Assembly (NCBI GenBank): GCA_050084515.1
Contig: CM114271.1
Coordinates: 30,938,001 to 31,002,000, forward strand
Direction of reading: 5' to 3'
DNA from: Blasia pusilla
Taxonomy: Eukaryota
Length of the DNA: 64,000 nt
The notes beneath the pieces are model-generated. The model searched no databases, was not told where the DNA came from, and was given only the letters and a program-made list of their open reading frames with translations. Shown here one piece after another: positions 12,900-26,950 of this stretch. The translations under genes were made by a program, and so were the position numbers. Every line of letters starts with the position of its first letter. Position 1 is the stretch's first letter.

Positions 12900-15800
12900 A
12901 TGGTCTTTTACACATTGCAAAACTATGGAGACTATGAAGTTGTGTCTCAATAAAAGAGCATAGTAGCTAAAGATAACCCATTTCTTGAGTGGAGATGATG
13001 AGCGCAGTCTGTTAGGATTGAGTCAAGCCTCTCCCCCATAGTCTTGTACATCTAATGGGTGGTGGGATGAATTTATGTCCTAAATGAAGACAAATAGAAA
13101 GTTGGGTCTTCTTCATTGTCTCCGTCGCCACTCCTTATAGCAATACCTCTTATGCCACTATGTGTATCCAAATAGATTCTTGTGTAGAATCTGTAACTAC
13201 GATGTTGGTTACTACTGCCTCAACCTCATATATTGTATAAAAACCATCACGAGAAAGGGAATCCTACATGGAGTAGTGCCAATCACTTTGCAAGTGGAAG
13301 TCGCTCTCGTGAGCAATATAAAGCATGATATGTATCTGTGAGCGGAAATCCTTTCACCCCTAATTGGAAAATATGCTAACTGCATACCAAGAGAATCTAG
13401 ACTCCGACGACATTCCCAATGTGTCAAACCAACCACAGATTGTTGGGGGATGCCTAGGCAGAACTGCATCGCTATGGTGAAAGTAAGTGGTGCAATACAA
13501 AAAGCCAAAATAAGAGGGTGAGCTCCCATCCTTGAACCATATGGCTTTTGACTAGAATTCGTAAGATGCATGCATCACTAACAAATGTCATGATTCCATT
13601 GGGTAGGTGAACATCATTATACCTCAGCCTTCCCTTCCCAAGATCAATAGAGTGTAATGTACAACTCTAGGAAAAAGGTACTCTTTCTATCGCAAAGTAC
13701 TAAGTTCGTTCCCAAGAGACTAGTGTTTCTTGAGTAAAGAGAGGTTTTATAAGGAATAACAAGAATAACTCCTTTTTCACTAACTTTACTAACTTACTAC
13801 AACTACACTGTCTTGACAAGTACAAAAGAATAAAAGGATTTTCTTCCCTCTTGGAAAAGACTCTTCTCAAGTGCAGACAAAGACTCTTTCGAATCTGGAA
13901 TAATAAAGCTCCACGAAGACCTCAAAGAGATCTCAAGAATGACGGCTCATCCTACTTTCAGAACTGAATCTATCATGGCAGGTCACTTACTGTTTACTGT
14001 TATTGTGTAACAGCTTTCCTACGCTCTACCTGATTATCTTCTGGAAATCGGAAATCTCAAGTCTCAACTCTCATCTCTAGTGCATCCCAATAGTATCTGC
14101 ATTCAGTTCCGCACATCAGAAAGCATGAGAGAAGACTCTTCTTTTGCATCAAAGAGTGGAAAGACTAGAAAGTGTTACAAGCTTCAGAGCGCAGAAGACT
14201 CTTTGGCTCAGATCATCCCCAACAAACTCCTTATCCAATTCACCAAGACTACTGAGAAAACTTCCCACATAAAAGAATGACTCTAACCAATAGTACCGGA
14301 GAATTCGTGACATAAGGGAATGATCCCTTCTTCTTCTCATTCATTCTTTAAATAGTATTTTACAACTCTGATTGATCTTCCTATTCTAATCTAGATTTCT
14401 AACTGCTAATCCTACTTCCTCTATTCAGATTTTGCCAACTCTTCATCTTCCTAAGACTGTTCCTTGCCTTGGCTATTTATTTCGGCTCTCTTTTAACCGC
14501 CGTGACGGTTCAATCTTCATGGTCTTCACGCTCTTTGCAGTCTTCGCAGTCCTATCTTCTCAAAGACTGTTTGATCTTCGTTCTTTATTCACAGTCTCTG
14601 CTCTTTGGTTTTTGTTTATAGTCTTTGCATGAAGACTCCTTTGGGACTTTGGCTGCAAAGAAGTTCTTTACAGGTCTGCATTTAACTGTCTTTAGAGCCG
14701 TTTTCACTCCTCCAAGACACTTCCCTGATCTTCCAATCTCCTTGCCTTCTCAATGGAGTTTTACTTACTAGCCTTATCAAGTACTCTTCCAACTATTTCT
14801 CTTCCTCTATTCATATTTACAGTCTTCTACGAAATCTTGAATCTTCAGTCTTCCTTCCTAAAGACTTTTACCTATTTTTGTACAAAAACCATCCAAAATA
14901 CAAAATTCTCACAAGAGTGGGTTATTACATGGAGACACCAACATGGAAGGAAAAGTAGTAGATAGGGTCAAATGTAATCCTAGATAAAGGGAGAGGGAAA
15001 CCATGGCAAAGTTCATCTTGAATAGTATGGGGAATAACCTCTGGTAACCTCTCGCAAAAAAAATAAGTCTCAAATAAATCTATGATGCTGCCAAGCTGAC
15101 ATCTCAACCACTCCTATGACTCAAGAGGGGATGATACTATGAGAAGCACCAAAGAGCATCCATATTCTTCTCGAGGGATCATCCATCTAAGTCTATCAAA
15201 GTCAAGATGTTTGGTCGGGAAGTGGTTCCAAATTCCTATGCAAGTGAGAATTTAGAATGAGAATTTAGAACAAATAGCAGGGTACCTGTGTAGGTTGAGG
15301 CATGAATGCAACTTACCAAAAGGGGACATGAACCATTCCATCATCCTCGAGAGAGAATCCCCACAAAAATCATGCATATCTACATTATCTTTGGACTAGC
15401 AATCATGGCACTAGACTCTCTTCCCATCCATGGTAATGGTCCACTAAGTTTTTTTCTCTCAACTACCCTCTCAAAATTTGCTTTCATGTAATGCCTAAAT
15501 CTCCCCCTCAAGCTCACAAAGAGAAACGATGGAAAGGTAGATAGGCATGATGGAAAAATTGAGGATGTAGGGAGTGAATGGGGGAAACAAGGATCTAAAT
15601 GAATGGTAACAAAAGTCTATGTGAGAAGGAAGATATGGAGAAAATAATGCATTGGGATACTTCTATGGAATAGAAAGCAACTTGAAAATTTACGAGAACA
15701 AAATAAGACCCAACCTATATTCTTGCAATGGGGATTAGAAGGGATGGATGATAACATGAGGTGGATGGGAGGAGAGGAAAGCCACATGGAAATCATTCTC

Positions 15801-16070
15801 ATTGTGAATGGGACTCTACTAAGAATTTGAACTTTAAAATGCAATAAAAATATAGAATTCACTAGAGGAGTTGAGGTACAAAGCTGTGCGAAGAGCATGC
15901 TAAGCACTCATTTTAACATATAACATTCTCTATACAATGCCCCACAAAATCTGCTCTCCCCTCTTGAGGCCCATTAGGATCAAAAACCACCACATCACCT
16001 AATAGACAAAAGCCACCTCAGGACATAACAAGATCAACTCTTCAAGAAGAGTTGGCTTGTGTAGTAGAAG
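12900..16070 (-). mobile_element. Highly degenerate non-LTR retrotransposon remnant (CRE/RLE-type C-terminus), interrupted by a solo LTR
   Basis: ORF 13212-13571 (FTIAMQFCLGIP...THWECRRSLDSLGMQLAYFPIRGERISAH) resembles the RLGLP...CxCG..xD..GxH...C..GGxRxxxHD Zn-knuckle region of RLE-type non-LTR elements. Boundaries are approximate. Confidence 0.45.
13653..14929. mobile_element. Solo LTR (~1.28 kb)
   Basis: Termini TGTAAT...ATTACA form a perfect 6-bp inverted repeat. Flanks TAGAG / TGGAG give a 4/5 match to a 5-bp TSD. No internal coding region. Confidence 0.7.
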
Positions 16071-16677
16071 ATAGGATATGTAGCTAGTCTTGCTCAATGG
16101 TGTACCCTTATTTCAATTTTTTTCTAGCTTATTTCAATTTGTGGCTTTGTCCTAAAGCCATAAATTTCTTATCTCGACGATAAGGGATATCACAATAATC
16201 CACAACATTTGGGCTTGCAAACCTGGAGAAAATATTGTATGTTGAGTTTATTTGAAGATTCATATTTTTATGTATTTTTTCATATAATTACCAACCATTA
16301 TTATAGTGAAAAATACAAACTCTTCTCTTGGAGCATAGTGGCTCCAAGAGCAGGGTTTACAAAACTCTAAAAAACTCTAAAAAATGGTTAAGTTTAGGGT
16401 TGTAAAATGTATTTCTATTTTGCACGCCTAAAATTTTCAGGCGCAAAAACTCTCATAACCCTCTTGGCCATCAATACCAGGTGTCAATAGGGAGTCCCTT
16501 TACTAGAGTGCAAATTTATGATGAATTTCAAGTACCGTTATAAAATACAATTCAAATATGGTCCAATAGGACAAGGTCCTTAAGAAAAAATATGTGTATT
16601 ATTAGGGAGAATCTAATCAGTCTTTGCAAAAATTTCCACAATAGGAGGAAAAAGTAACATACGGTCACATACCATAC

Positions 16678-17159
16678 CAAGGTTGCACACGAAAAAATTC
16701 CGTGTCCGTCCTTTCGACGGACGTGCGGGCCTGAGTACCCCCGAGCCCAACTCGCCTATAACATAAACCCATGCTCGGCAACCTGTACTCATTTTTGTAG
16801 CCAACACCAGCGCCCCCTAAGCTCGTAGGGCTGGCTGGGCCCGCACTGGGCGGGCTCAAGGATCGAGGGCTTAGGGTAAACCCTAAACCTTGGTTGCGGG
16901 CTTGAGTCTACCCTATGGGCCCTAGGTAGGCCCAACTTAAACTTCAGCAAGCCAGTTTGGGCTAGTGCGGACCGTACGGGGGCTAGGCAAGGGCTCATAG
17001 CTTGTACACCCGTTCGATCATTGCCTTGACAAGCCTACATCCGTTCTCGCGTCCCAAGCCTATGCGGGTCACTGTGGTATGTGCCAAGAAACCCGAGAGG
17101 GGGACCTGTCAGACATGTCCGTAGACATGTGCAGACTTATCCTATTCAGTGCAATCTTA
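16678..17159. mobile_element. hAT-type MITE, copy 1
   Basis: TIRs CAAGGTTGCAC / GTGCAATCTTA; 8-bp TSD TACCATAC / TACCAAAC; GC-rich interior with GGCCC/GGGCT repeats. Homologous to copies 2 and 3, in opposite orientation. Confidence 0.75.
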
Positions 17160-18044
17160 TACCAAACACATGTGTCATATTTATTTGTATTTTTAATTTA
17201 AAAATTTGATTATAATCACTAAATATTATGAATATCAATAATTTTTGTGATGTCTCCCTTTAGGTACCCCATTGTGTCTTATGATGGATGGAAATAACTC
17301 AAATGATGGTGCATTTTAAAAATCCCACTGCTCCAAATTGCTGTGAAAAGAATTGGAAAGGAAATTTTGATAAGGGAAATTCAAATTAGTAATTAAGGAA
17401 GGGGATATTATTATGTAAGGAAAATCTCTTCTAAAAGAAGTCAATTATTTTTTCAAAAGGGAAATAAGAGATATCATATAATCTCTTATGCCTTGAGTCC
17501 ATCTTTATCTCTACACAACATACGTCATTGTAATTATCTCCATAACTTATTAAGTTGGAAACCACAAAATTGATGTCATTGATTACATATCAAAGATCTC
17601 CATTAAATTTAGAAATCAAATCTCATATACTCTTTGGATCTTTCTCATATCAAACCAAACCCACTCTCATGAGGAGAGGCTTGGATTACTCACAACGAAA
17701 GGAGGACAATAGCTTTGCCGCCTCATAGAAGGATGTCCAATAGAAAATGAACTCTTTAAGCTTCCTCCCCTTGATGTATATATGCCCTCTCCCTATCCCC
17801 CAGGCTCTCTCCTTAATAACATGTGCACACATATCATTCTTCCATCCCTGATTCTCAATGGCAAGTTAAGGGGCGCGCACCTTCAAAATGGGAACTCAAT
17901 TATACCCAACATAGAGAACTTACCTAAGATACTAAGTTTCTATAAATTTCCCCAAATTTTCCATAAATAGAAATTGAATTATGGATTAGTTGGATTGCTC
18001 AAACGACCACATTCCCCAACTTCCTAACAAGTGATCCTCGATCT

Positions 18045-18850
18045 ACAAGTGTCAATGCATGTGCCCTCTAACTAGATATGCTGCATAGATACTATCTATT
18101 CCATTGCTGATTGACATGACCATTGTTGTGTGTGTACACATTACTAAACAACATACATTATTATCATAAATAGGTGATACTTGACCGACAAGTGTCGATG
18201 CTCGCTCCCTCTGGGTATCTTGTATAGATTTTATCTACTCCACTACAAATTGATGTGACAATTGTTGTACGCATACACATCTGCACAACATGGATTTTTA
18301 ATTACCATCCACACAACTCATTAAGTTAGAAACCATATTCAATTGTTCCATGGAGACTAGACACATAGATGATCTTGTACCAAAAGGTCTCCAATTTCCC
18401 TTCTAGTTGGTTGGTAGGTCTCTCTACCTCATGACAACTATCTATTCCTACCTATAATAACAAACATTTACGTGGTGCTAAGTGCAAAAAGGCCAAATGC
18501 TCAAGTGGCCACACTTTTAATTTCCTCTTGATAATCCATATAACTCTCTCAAGTCTAGATCCATAGTTACTTGTCCTATGTACATCTAGGATACCTTCAT
18601 TGTCCTTGAGAAACCCTAGTGACTCAGTAGCGAGGGGTGGAGCCAAACATGATGTATACCACCCTCCTGAACATCCATCATGTACTCGCATGATGGCCGT
18701 ACCTCATGATGATCCACACAACATGTAATATAACTTTATATAAGCTTGTAGGTATCATTGCTAGGCTTGGGTACACAGTCCCATCAATATTCGCAATGTA
18801 ATATGGCATGTTGTTATGCACATGATCGATCCTTCCGATGATGGAATAAT
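18045..18850 (-). mobile_element. Degenerate 3' remnant (element D) of the DNMT/PHD Gypsy-like family
   Basis: ORF 18452-18691 (HDGCSGGWYTSCLAPPL) aligns by eye with the PHD of elements A and B. DNA at 18700-18850 matches the integrase tail (~24040-24170). It retains the PPT-flank (TTCTAGTTGGTTGGTAGG) and the TGACA-AT-TGTTGT junction. Confidence 0.7.
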
Positions 18851-21339
18851 TTGTCATGTCATATAGATAATGAGGATCAACTAGAGCTTTGAGCTAAGTG
18901 CAAAGTAGGATAAGTTTTGTTGTTGGAAGCCAAAACGGACCAAAAATGAGACCTAGGAAGTTTGGAAAGAGCCAAGAAAAGTTACAAAAACAAGTTACAA
19001 AAACAAGTTACAAAAAAGAAAAACTTGGAAAACCTGCCATGGTAGTGTCATCGGAAAAGCAATTTTGGAAATGTGCTTCTAGAAAGTTAACATTTGAAAA
19101 AGTATGAACAAAATTTATTGCCAGAAATATATCACCGCAATCCCCAAACATGTGTCTTCCTCTCAAGACACCACATTGCCCTCTCTCAAGACGCTATATA
19201 GACCCCACATGCCTTCTTGATAACACCAAAAAATCTTCCATTTTACCCAATTTACCGAATGAAAAGATTTTTATTCTATCTCTACCAATTTTCACTCATT
19301 TTGCACTATTGTTTGAATGATCTTCTTGCCTTTCTGGTGCCTTTGCACATGACACTAGAATATCTCAAGCACTCTAACACTACCTCCACATCAATCCACC
19401 ACCAATAAATTGTATGGAAAAATGGGCAACACTTCCATGCACAACCATCTAAATGAAAAAGTAAAACATCCTACAACAATTACTCCAACCACGTACCACT
19501 GGAATTGGTTTACTATCTCCCACCCTTTACCACCCCTCAATGTGGATCTATATACGTGGGGTAGTATCCCTACACCCTTTCAAGCCTAGTATTTTTCTCT
19601 TCTTACTATCCCTTTATCCCTCCACAACAAGGGTAATTTGCAACCCCACAACCATGGTAGTTTTTTAACCCCCCCCTCCCCATCCTCCTCTCCCATTTCC
19701 CTTATATAAATCATAAAAGTATTGCGCCATCATATTTTAATCAAGCTAACAATTTGAAAATAGAGGATAGAAAAAACCCAACCTTTTTTGATGCTCTCAA
19801 GCAGTGTAAAAAGCCCAATATTTATGTATTTTATGACGGAAAATCCAAAAAATATCCACGACCCCCTAATGTCATAATCCAAATTTATGATGTGTGGCAG
19901 GTTATAAATTTATCATAACTATTATGCCACCATAGAAGTCATAAAACCTTTTTTTCATATGCACAACCAGATGTTATAATCAAGTCATTAGATTATGATG
20001 TATTGGACTTTGCAAATGAGGGTTTAATTTAAAGTGAAAGAGGTCTTAAATTAGGGTTCAATAGGCACCCTCTTAACATTAGAGTATGACTTCTTAGACA
20101 TTGTAAGTGGAGGAATCTTCTACCCCAAGCTTTTTGGGAGAGGAGAGAAAAGATTAACTCTTTTTTTGAGTCTATGTTTTATCCAAAGAAATGATACAGT
20201 GAAATGTTTTTGTAAAGGGAAATGCTTAGAAGGTTTCTAGGTGTGAAAATGGAAGTGTGGAGTGTAGCTTTATTAGAGATGACATTTGAGGGACATTCAA
20301 TGAATGAAATTTAATTCACCATGTATTTGAAATGGTAATGAGTCTTGTAAGCTAAGGTAGTGGTTGGTTCATGAAAATGATAAGCATGTCACATTGTCAA
20401 AAGCTTTTACCACTAGAATATATGCTTTTAGGGTGGTAAAAAAAGTTTTGCTCTTTTTGTGATGGGTTAATGGTTTGTTGATGTTAGAACTCACCAATTC
20501 TACGGAGTGGTACTTTAGGATAGAACCATGCGAAGAGGTGGTAATTTAGCTTCCACAAGTTCTTTTAATGGAACACGATAGTTTGAAGAAAAGCACTTTT
20601 TAAGAGAACAAGTTTTTTGTAGGATGCTTTCTAAATTTGAAATCGTTCCCTGTGAAGGGAATCGCTAAAAGAGGGCTGAAAGAATACTTATTTTGTAACA
20701 TTCCATCCTAAGCTATAAGGCCTTAATTTTTTATATATCAAAAATTTATTCATGTTAGTTGATATGTTGGATAATATTTAGGGTATAATTCTTACACTAA
20801 AGTAGACCTTGAGAACATCTAGTCCTTCAATGGATATTTCTTTTTTCTAAAATATTGAGGTTAAAATTGGTCATATCATGATGACATGTGAATGGTCGTT
20901 TCAAAATTAAAAACATAAAAATATCCCCGTGACATTCTTAAGGCAAAAGTACTCATAAATTTGAAAAAAATATTATGTTTAAAAATTTGGAATTGAGGTG
21001 GTCCAAATTGTAGGAGGAGGAATGGAAGAAAGCTTCCTTCATTCTTCTTATATTCTTATAAAATCATTTGGGCATTTCTCTCTAAGAAGAAAGGAAAGAG
21101 AAAGCCTGCATAAAAGGGTAATGGGAGAAAACATCAATAAGACTTTGGGAAAGGAATCTTGATATAATGATAAAGGTTTTAGGATTGGAAATTAGCTAAC
21201 ACCGGTCATAATGGTTTTCCCTTTCCTCTCCAATTTTTTTTGGATTTTTTGGGTTTAAGTGTGGGAGCCCGGGGCCAAATCTGCTCTCATGCCCTGATAA
21301 GATGGCTGGTAGGATGTGAGATAGGGCACGTGATATGTG

Positions 21340-22105
21340 GCATGGAACAAGATGGGCTATGGGATATGGTGTTTAATTAATGACTTATCTAAAAATAAAT
21401 GGATCTATTTTCTCAAAGAAAAATTTAAATTATTTCAAATACTTGATAAGTTTAAGAATCTAGTTGAGAGATTATTTGAATATTTCATTCTTAAATTCAA
21501 TTTGAAATCTAATGGAGTATATGAGTTTGATGTTGTCATGGATCCATATTTAAGAATGAAATATTCAAATAATCTCTCAACTATAGAATGACATGAACTA
21601 CCATTCTATATCTTTTATCTCTAAAGATATAGAATGGTCCATCAATTGAACATTTCATGAGGAAATAGAGTAGGGCTAGAGAATTCAAGTCCTCATTCAA
21701 TGCCCATCCTTAGAGCATTAAATAAGGTGAAGACATAATATGCAAAGATTCAAGCATAGTGACTTCCTGGATATTTACCATACGTACATGGTGATGAGTC
21801 TTCAAGAATAGGAGTTGAGTACTCTTAAAGAGGAAATACAAAAATTAACTTGGAGTAAACCTACACATGAAGAGCTTATGTCCTTGGAGAATCAACCAAC
21901 TTGGAAATGGGTTGATCTTCCATAAGGCATGAAGGCGATTGAATGAAGATGGCTTTAAATTCTAGATGATTATGTTAGCAGATACAAGGCTAGGTTAGTA
22001 GCCAAGAGATATGCACAAAAATATGGCTTAGACTATAATGAGACATTAAATCATTATAGCCAAGATAAAGGAAAGATAATCATTGTTGTAGCATGTGCAG
22101 CTAGC
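21340..22105 (+). mobile_element. Degenerate Ty1/Copia remnant (integrase and RT fragments)
   Basis: LINDLSKNKWIYFLKEK...FKNLVE resembles Copia integrase. The RT N-terminus reads TWKWVDLP...RYKARLVAKRYAQKYGLDYNET, with stops. Confidence 0.8.
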
Positions 22106-22107
22106 AA

Positions 22108-22110
<3 letters not shown>

Positions 22111-22175
<65 letters not shown>
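22111..22175 (+). repeat. (AG)n microsatellite, ~32 units
   Basis: Direct observation. Confidence 0.98.
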
Positions 22176-22178
<3 letters not shown>

Positions 22179-22707
22179 GCGGTTCACATGGAGTTGCCCT
22201 CTTCGTCTTGGATTAAAACCGGAGCCATTCTGGTTGAGGCAATAGAACCTTGCAAACGGCTCTATCCCAACCTCTTATCTCCTATTTTTAGAAGATTTTT
22301 TTTCCGTGGATGGAGGCACAGAGGGAAGGGATTTAGGGTAGACACACAGAGCAACGAGCACTTTACACACATACTTGAGAGCATTTTCCATTGTTATATC
22401 ATACTTAAGGAGTTATGATGTCTAATTTTTTTCCTTTACTTGAAAAATTTGGACATACATATTCTAGTAGGTGAAGAATAAGGAGGTTTTCATTGATAAT
22501 ACGTTAGCTATCATTATGGATCTTTTTGGGTTATTTTAAGCATTATTTCTTGAAGGAGGAATGTTTAGTGAAACTGAGCTTGTTACTTTTATGATGGGGA
22601 TTACTTAAGACGACGAAGTTGATTTTCAAAGTTTATTCATGTTATATAATTTCATGATCCAAAAGTGGCATCAAAGTCAATTAAGTGGAGGAAGAGAGTT
22701 TTAGGTA

Positions 22708-22966
22708 ATGCCAAGACAATTCACTTGGTGGGAGGTCATTCATAAGAAGGTTTTGACTTATAATGACAACTTTCTTTACATTTACATGAGAAGCCGATAT
22801 AGAATGTCTTTTGAAAATTTCCAGAAACTAATAGATGTAATCGAACCATTCACGGCGAGTAATCTGGATTACTCGCCTAGATGTAATCGAAACTAGGCCA
22901 GCGTTGTAGAGAGCAAAAAAAATATTTGAGATGATAAAGTGTGTTGCGGTAGTTATCTATCGATTT
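22708..22966 (+). pseudogene. PIF/Harbinger-like transposase fragment, 5' part
   Basis: WWE...RSRYRMSFENFQKLIDVIEP...KCVAVVIYRF resembles the Harbinger transposase N-terminal region. The reading continues after the nested insertions at 37929. Confidence 0.55.
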
Positions 22967-23924
22967 CAACGTTGTGTCGTACGCATCCACATCGCTACAC
23001 AACATACATCGTTGTCAACGAACACACACAAACACGCACAATCCCATCCTAACTCATGGCATCCAAACAACGAGACAAGAAATACCAAAATATCTCCAGT
23101 AAATCAAGATCCAATCTCTCTCACAACACAATAGTTCTCACATGTGTGCACTCTCACATATCTCTCTCAATGTCAAACTAAACCCACTCTACTAATGAGA
23201 GGCTTGGGTTACACACACAAGGTAAGCAAGACCATAGCTCCTCCGCCTCATGCCAAGAGGTTCAACAAAGAGAGAATGAGCTCTCAAGCTCTCTCTCCTT
23301 GAGGTATACCCCTCCCCTCTCCCAAGCTCTCTCCATGGTAACCTATGCTCCCAAGTCACCTCCTTGGCTCTTGACCTGATGTAGGAGGTCAAGCGCCACT
23401 TACCAAAAATATAAATTCGATCATATATTCAAAATGGTACTTACCTAAAATAGCAAGTTCCTCAATATGGCTCCAAATGAGCCGAAACGAAGGGGAAACA
23501 TGCTCTCTCAGATTTCCCGGGGCCTTAGCAGGTCATCCTTGACCTATTAAGCCTGTCCTCCACTACTCACGAAGGCGCTCTACTAGATCTCACTGATCTA
23601 TTAGATGTGACAGCCATCGTGCGTATCCACATCGCTACACAACATACATCGCTATCACCGAACACACACACAAACACACACGATCCCATGCTAACTCATG
23701 GCATCCAAACAACGAGACAAAAAGTACCAAAATATTTCCAATCGCCCCCCTAGTTGGTGGTTAGGTCCCTCTAACTCCAGATAGCCATCTATCCCTACCT
23801 ACCATGATATACATCTCTCGGACGCTAAGAGCAAGAAGGTCGGGTCCTCATGTGGCCCCATCGTTAGTCACCTTCTTGTCATCCATGTCATAGACACAAG
23901 TTGAAATATAGAACTACCTACTCT

Positions 23925-26900
23925 ATGTACATCTGGGACACATCCATCATCCTTGAGGAAGCCTAGTGAGAGATGGCGTGAAACATGCCATATGCCATCC
24001 TCTCAAACACCCATCATAGACTAGCATAGTGGCTGCACAACGGGCGGAACCACACAACATACACCGCAAGCCTGTAGAAACTATTGCTAAGCTCAGATCA
24101 AATGTACCATCAATGTTCAGAAGATGACATGGCGTACCGTTACGCACATGGTCCTTCCAAACCATACCATCGCGTCCCTCCAATAAGAGAACACTGGATG
24201 GCAAAACCTCACGCACTCTCAAGATGGTGCACCGTTCAGTCACATCCAACGTCGTGGATGCCGTTTGTTGCAAGTAGACATAGTCTCCCTGATGAAACTT
24301 GTGGATAGTAGATTGAGAACTACCTCTCCGAATAGTCGCATACCTCAACGTATCCTGATGTTGCGCAATCGCCAAGTTCTCAAACGCCATGGGCATCACT
24401 CTCCGAAACAACTCAGCCCTCTGAGAACATGCTTGCATCCATATATCAAGATTATCAAGGTTCAACACCTCACCCACATCTCGACAAATGGCCATAGGTA
24501 AATATGGCTCTTGGCCATAATGCAACAAGTACGGTGAGAAAGATGCTAAGGATGCCTGCCTGCTGAATCTGTATCCCATCGCCAACCACGGCAACTAAAG
24601 GTCCCAATCTCCTAGGTGACCTCTCTACAAGCCGTACTTGCATGGTCCTCTCTTCATTGTCTGCACAACCCGCTCCGCTAGTCCATCCGCCTTAGGATGA
24701 TCTTACGAAGTAGTGCGGTTGATCAGTGTCTGATCACACAAGGCCTGAAACTCCCCACGGAACTCTATACCCTGGTCTGTCAACACCTCAGCTGGTGCAC
24801 TGTAATGACTCAACACTTGATCTAGGAAGGCATACGCTACTCCCTCACTCAATTTGTCAGGAAATGCAACCAACTCTATCCACTTCGAGAAGTGCTTGAC
24901 CATCACCAACACATAACGACTATGGCGCTCCGTCAAAGGCAAAGGTCTTGCAAAATCTAAACTCCATCTATAACCTAAATCCATGATCGGAATTGGATGC
25001 AACTGTGGAGTCAGAACATTAAACGATGCTCAGACTTGATCACACACCATGCATCTGGCAACAAACTGTTGAACGTGAGTCTGCATGCCTCGCCACCAAT
25101 ACTGAATGTGGAGCAAGTTGTACTTCCGCTTCTCTCCAAAATGACCCAACTCCTCGTGGGCATGACACACCAAACGTGCTATCTACAAAGGATGAGGCAC
25201 TACACGCACTCTACCATCCTCCCACACTCGCAACACATGTGTGTCCTTCCACCAAAACCGTCTGGCTCACTGTAGGATCCGATCCCGCTCTCTAGCACCC
25301 ATTGTGCTTGCAATGCTGCCAGTACATAAGTACTCCAAGACCACTCCATCATCGTGAATGTCTCGGCCACTTGTCATCTCCTCACGAGCCTCTGGATCTT
25401 AGGACTCTCCATCAGACCTCGCCATCAAAGTATCAGCAATCCGGCTCTCCATAGCCAAGAAGCCCAAATAGGCTGACGTATGCCATCCTGGCACCAACTC
25501 CTCATCACTCTCACCATGGCAACGAGCTCCAGTCGCATCTTGCTGTCTCGGGCATGGGTTACGGCTCAAACCATCTACATTCTGTTTGAGCATCCTAGGT
25601 CTATGCACCACTTGGAAGTCATACTCCTGCAACAAAAGAGCCCACCTTGCAAGCTTCCCTGTAAGCTTTTCAAACTCCATCAACCACTTAAGTTACTGAG
25701 GATCAGTAATGATGATAAAGGGATTGCCAAATAGATAACATCTAAAATCTGCGACAACACATACTGCAACCAAGCACTCACCCTCATACGAGCTATACTT
25801 CGCCTCTACAGCGTTGTTTGAGCAACTAGCGTAAGCCACCACAAACTCTCTACCATCATCGTCATGTTGGGTGAGCACGGCTCCAAGCCCCAACATGCTT
25901 CAATTTGTATGCAACTGGAAAGGACGTCCCCTCATCGGTCTCTTCAATATGGGCGCGAACTTCAATATGTCCTTGAGCATCTGAAATGCTCTCTCTTGCT
26001 CATCCCCCTAGAGCCACTCCTAATCCACCTTGGTCATCAAGGTTAGCGGCTTTGCAATCAAACTGAAACCCTTGACGTACCGTCGATAGAAGTTCGCCAA
26101 TCCCATGAATGCACAAACTCGACTCACATCTGTAGGGCGTGGAATGTTTGAAATAGCCTCTACCTTCGTCTATTGCATATCTTGGCTCCCTGGGTATATC
26201 GTATGACCCAAGTACTCAATCAGGTCGTACAAGAATTTGCACTTTCATGAATGTAGCTTCAACCCATGTAATTGCAATCGTTGAAACACCTCCTCTAGAT
26301 GTCGCTCATGCTCCTCAACCGTGGCGCTAGAGACTACGATGTCATCAATATAACACCTAGCAAAATCCAGACCTGCCAAGATCCTATCCATGATCCTCTC
26401 AAACTCATCCGGGGCGTTCTTTAACCCGAATGGTAAGAACCGCCACTAGTACAAACAATCTTTCCCGTGAGGATCGATGCCCCAAAATGCTATCTTCTGC
26501 CTATCCTCCAATCTGATAGGCAGCTGATGGTATCCGGTTCGCAAATCCAATGAAGTGAAGACCTTTGCATGCCCAATCGTATCAAAGATCTCCTCAAGGA
26601 TGGGCATGGCATACCTATCGGACTTCGTCTGCCAATTGATAGGTCGATAATCTCCACACATCCGCCTATTCGTCCAGTTGCCATGCACATCCTTCTTGGC
26701 GGGCATGACAGTGGTAGATGCATACTCTTCATGCGACATCTCCACTAGTCCTGCTCCAACCAAGTCCTAGCTCCTACTCTGAATCAGAGCCCTCTTCACG
26801 TCACTGTACATGTAGGGTTTTCAGAAGATTGGCGTGTCACTCGACAACTCAATGCGGATCCCTGAACCCTTCAACGTACCTAAATCATGCATACTAAATG

Positions 26901-26945
26901 CAAAACAGCTCCTATAACTCCCAAGAAACTGGTGTTTTTGACACC
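23925..26945 (-). pseudogene. Element A pol 3' part: RT - RNase H - integrase - PHD finger
   Basis: RT: RRMCGDYRPIN...DLRTGYHQ...CYIDD. RNaseH: LGLGAVLTQ...VAYAS...YSSYEGECL...ARWALLLQEYDF. Integrase: HHCC finger, RWSLDF...FSKWIEL...TDQGIEF. PHD: CMLC..(Y)DGC..WHMAC...WMCPRC. Several stops and frameshifts. Confidence 0.92.
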
Positions 26946-26950
26946 GCTCT

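Noticed and set aside
16678-17159. CRISPR-like or structured RNA interpretation of the GGCCC-rich repeats
   Set aside because: No regular repeat-spacer period. TIRs and 8-bp TSDs identify these as MITEs.
22095-22418. ORF with poly-ER tract
   Set aside because: It is a translation of the (AG)n microsatellite.
22975-23740. B-A-B block as a simple solo LTR inserted into another LTR
   Set aside because: The duplicated unit is 107-125 bp, not a 4-6 bp TSD. The same layout recurs in elements with different A-repeat sequences, and the A unit matches the element's own far end.
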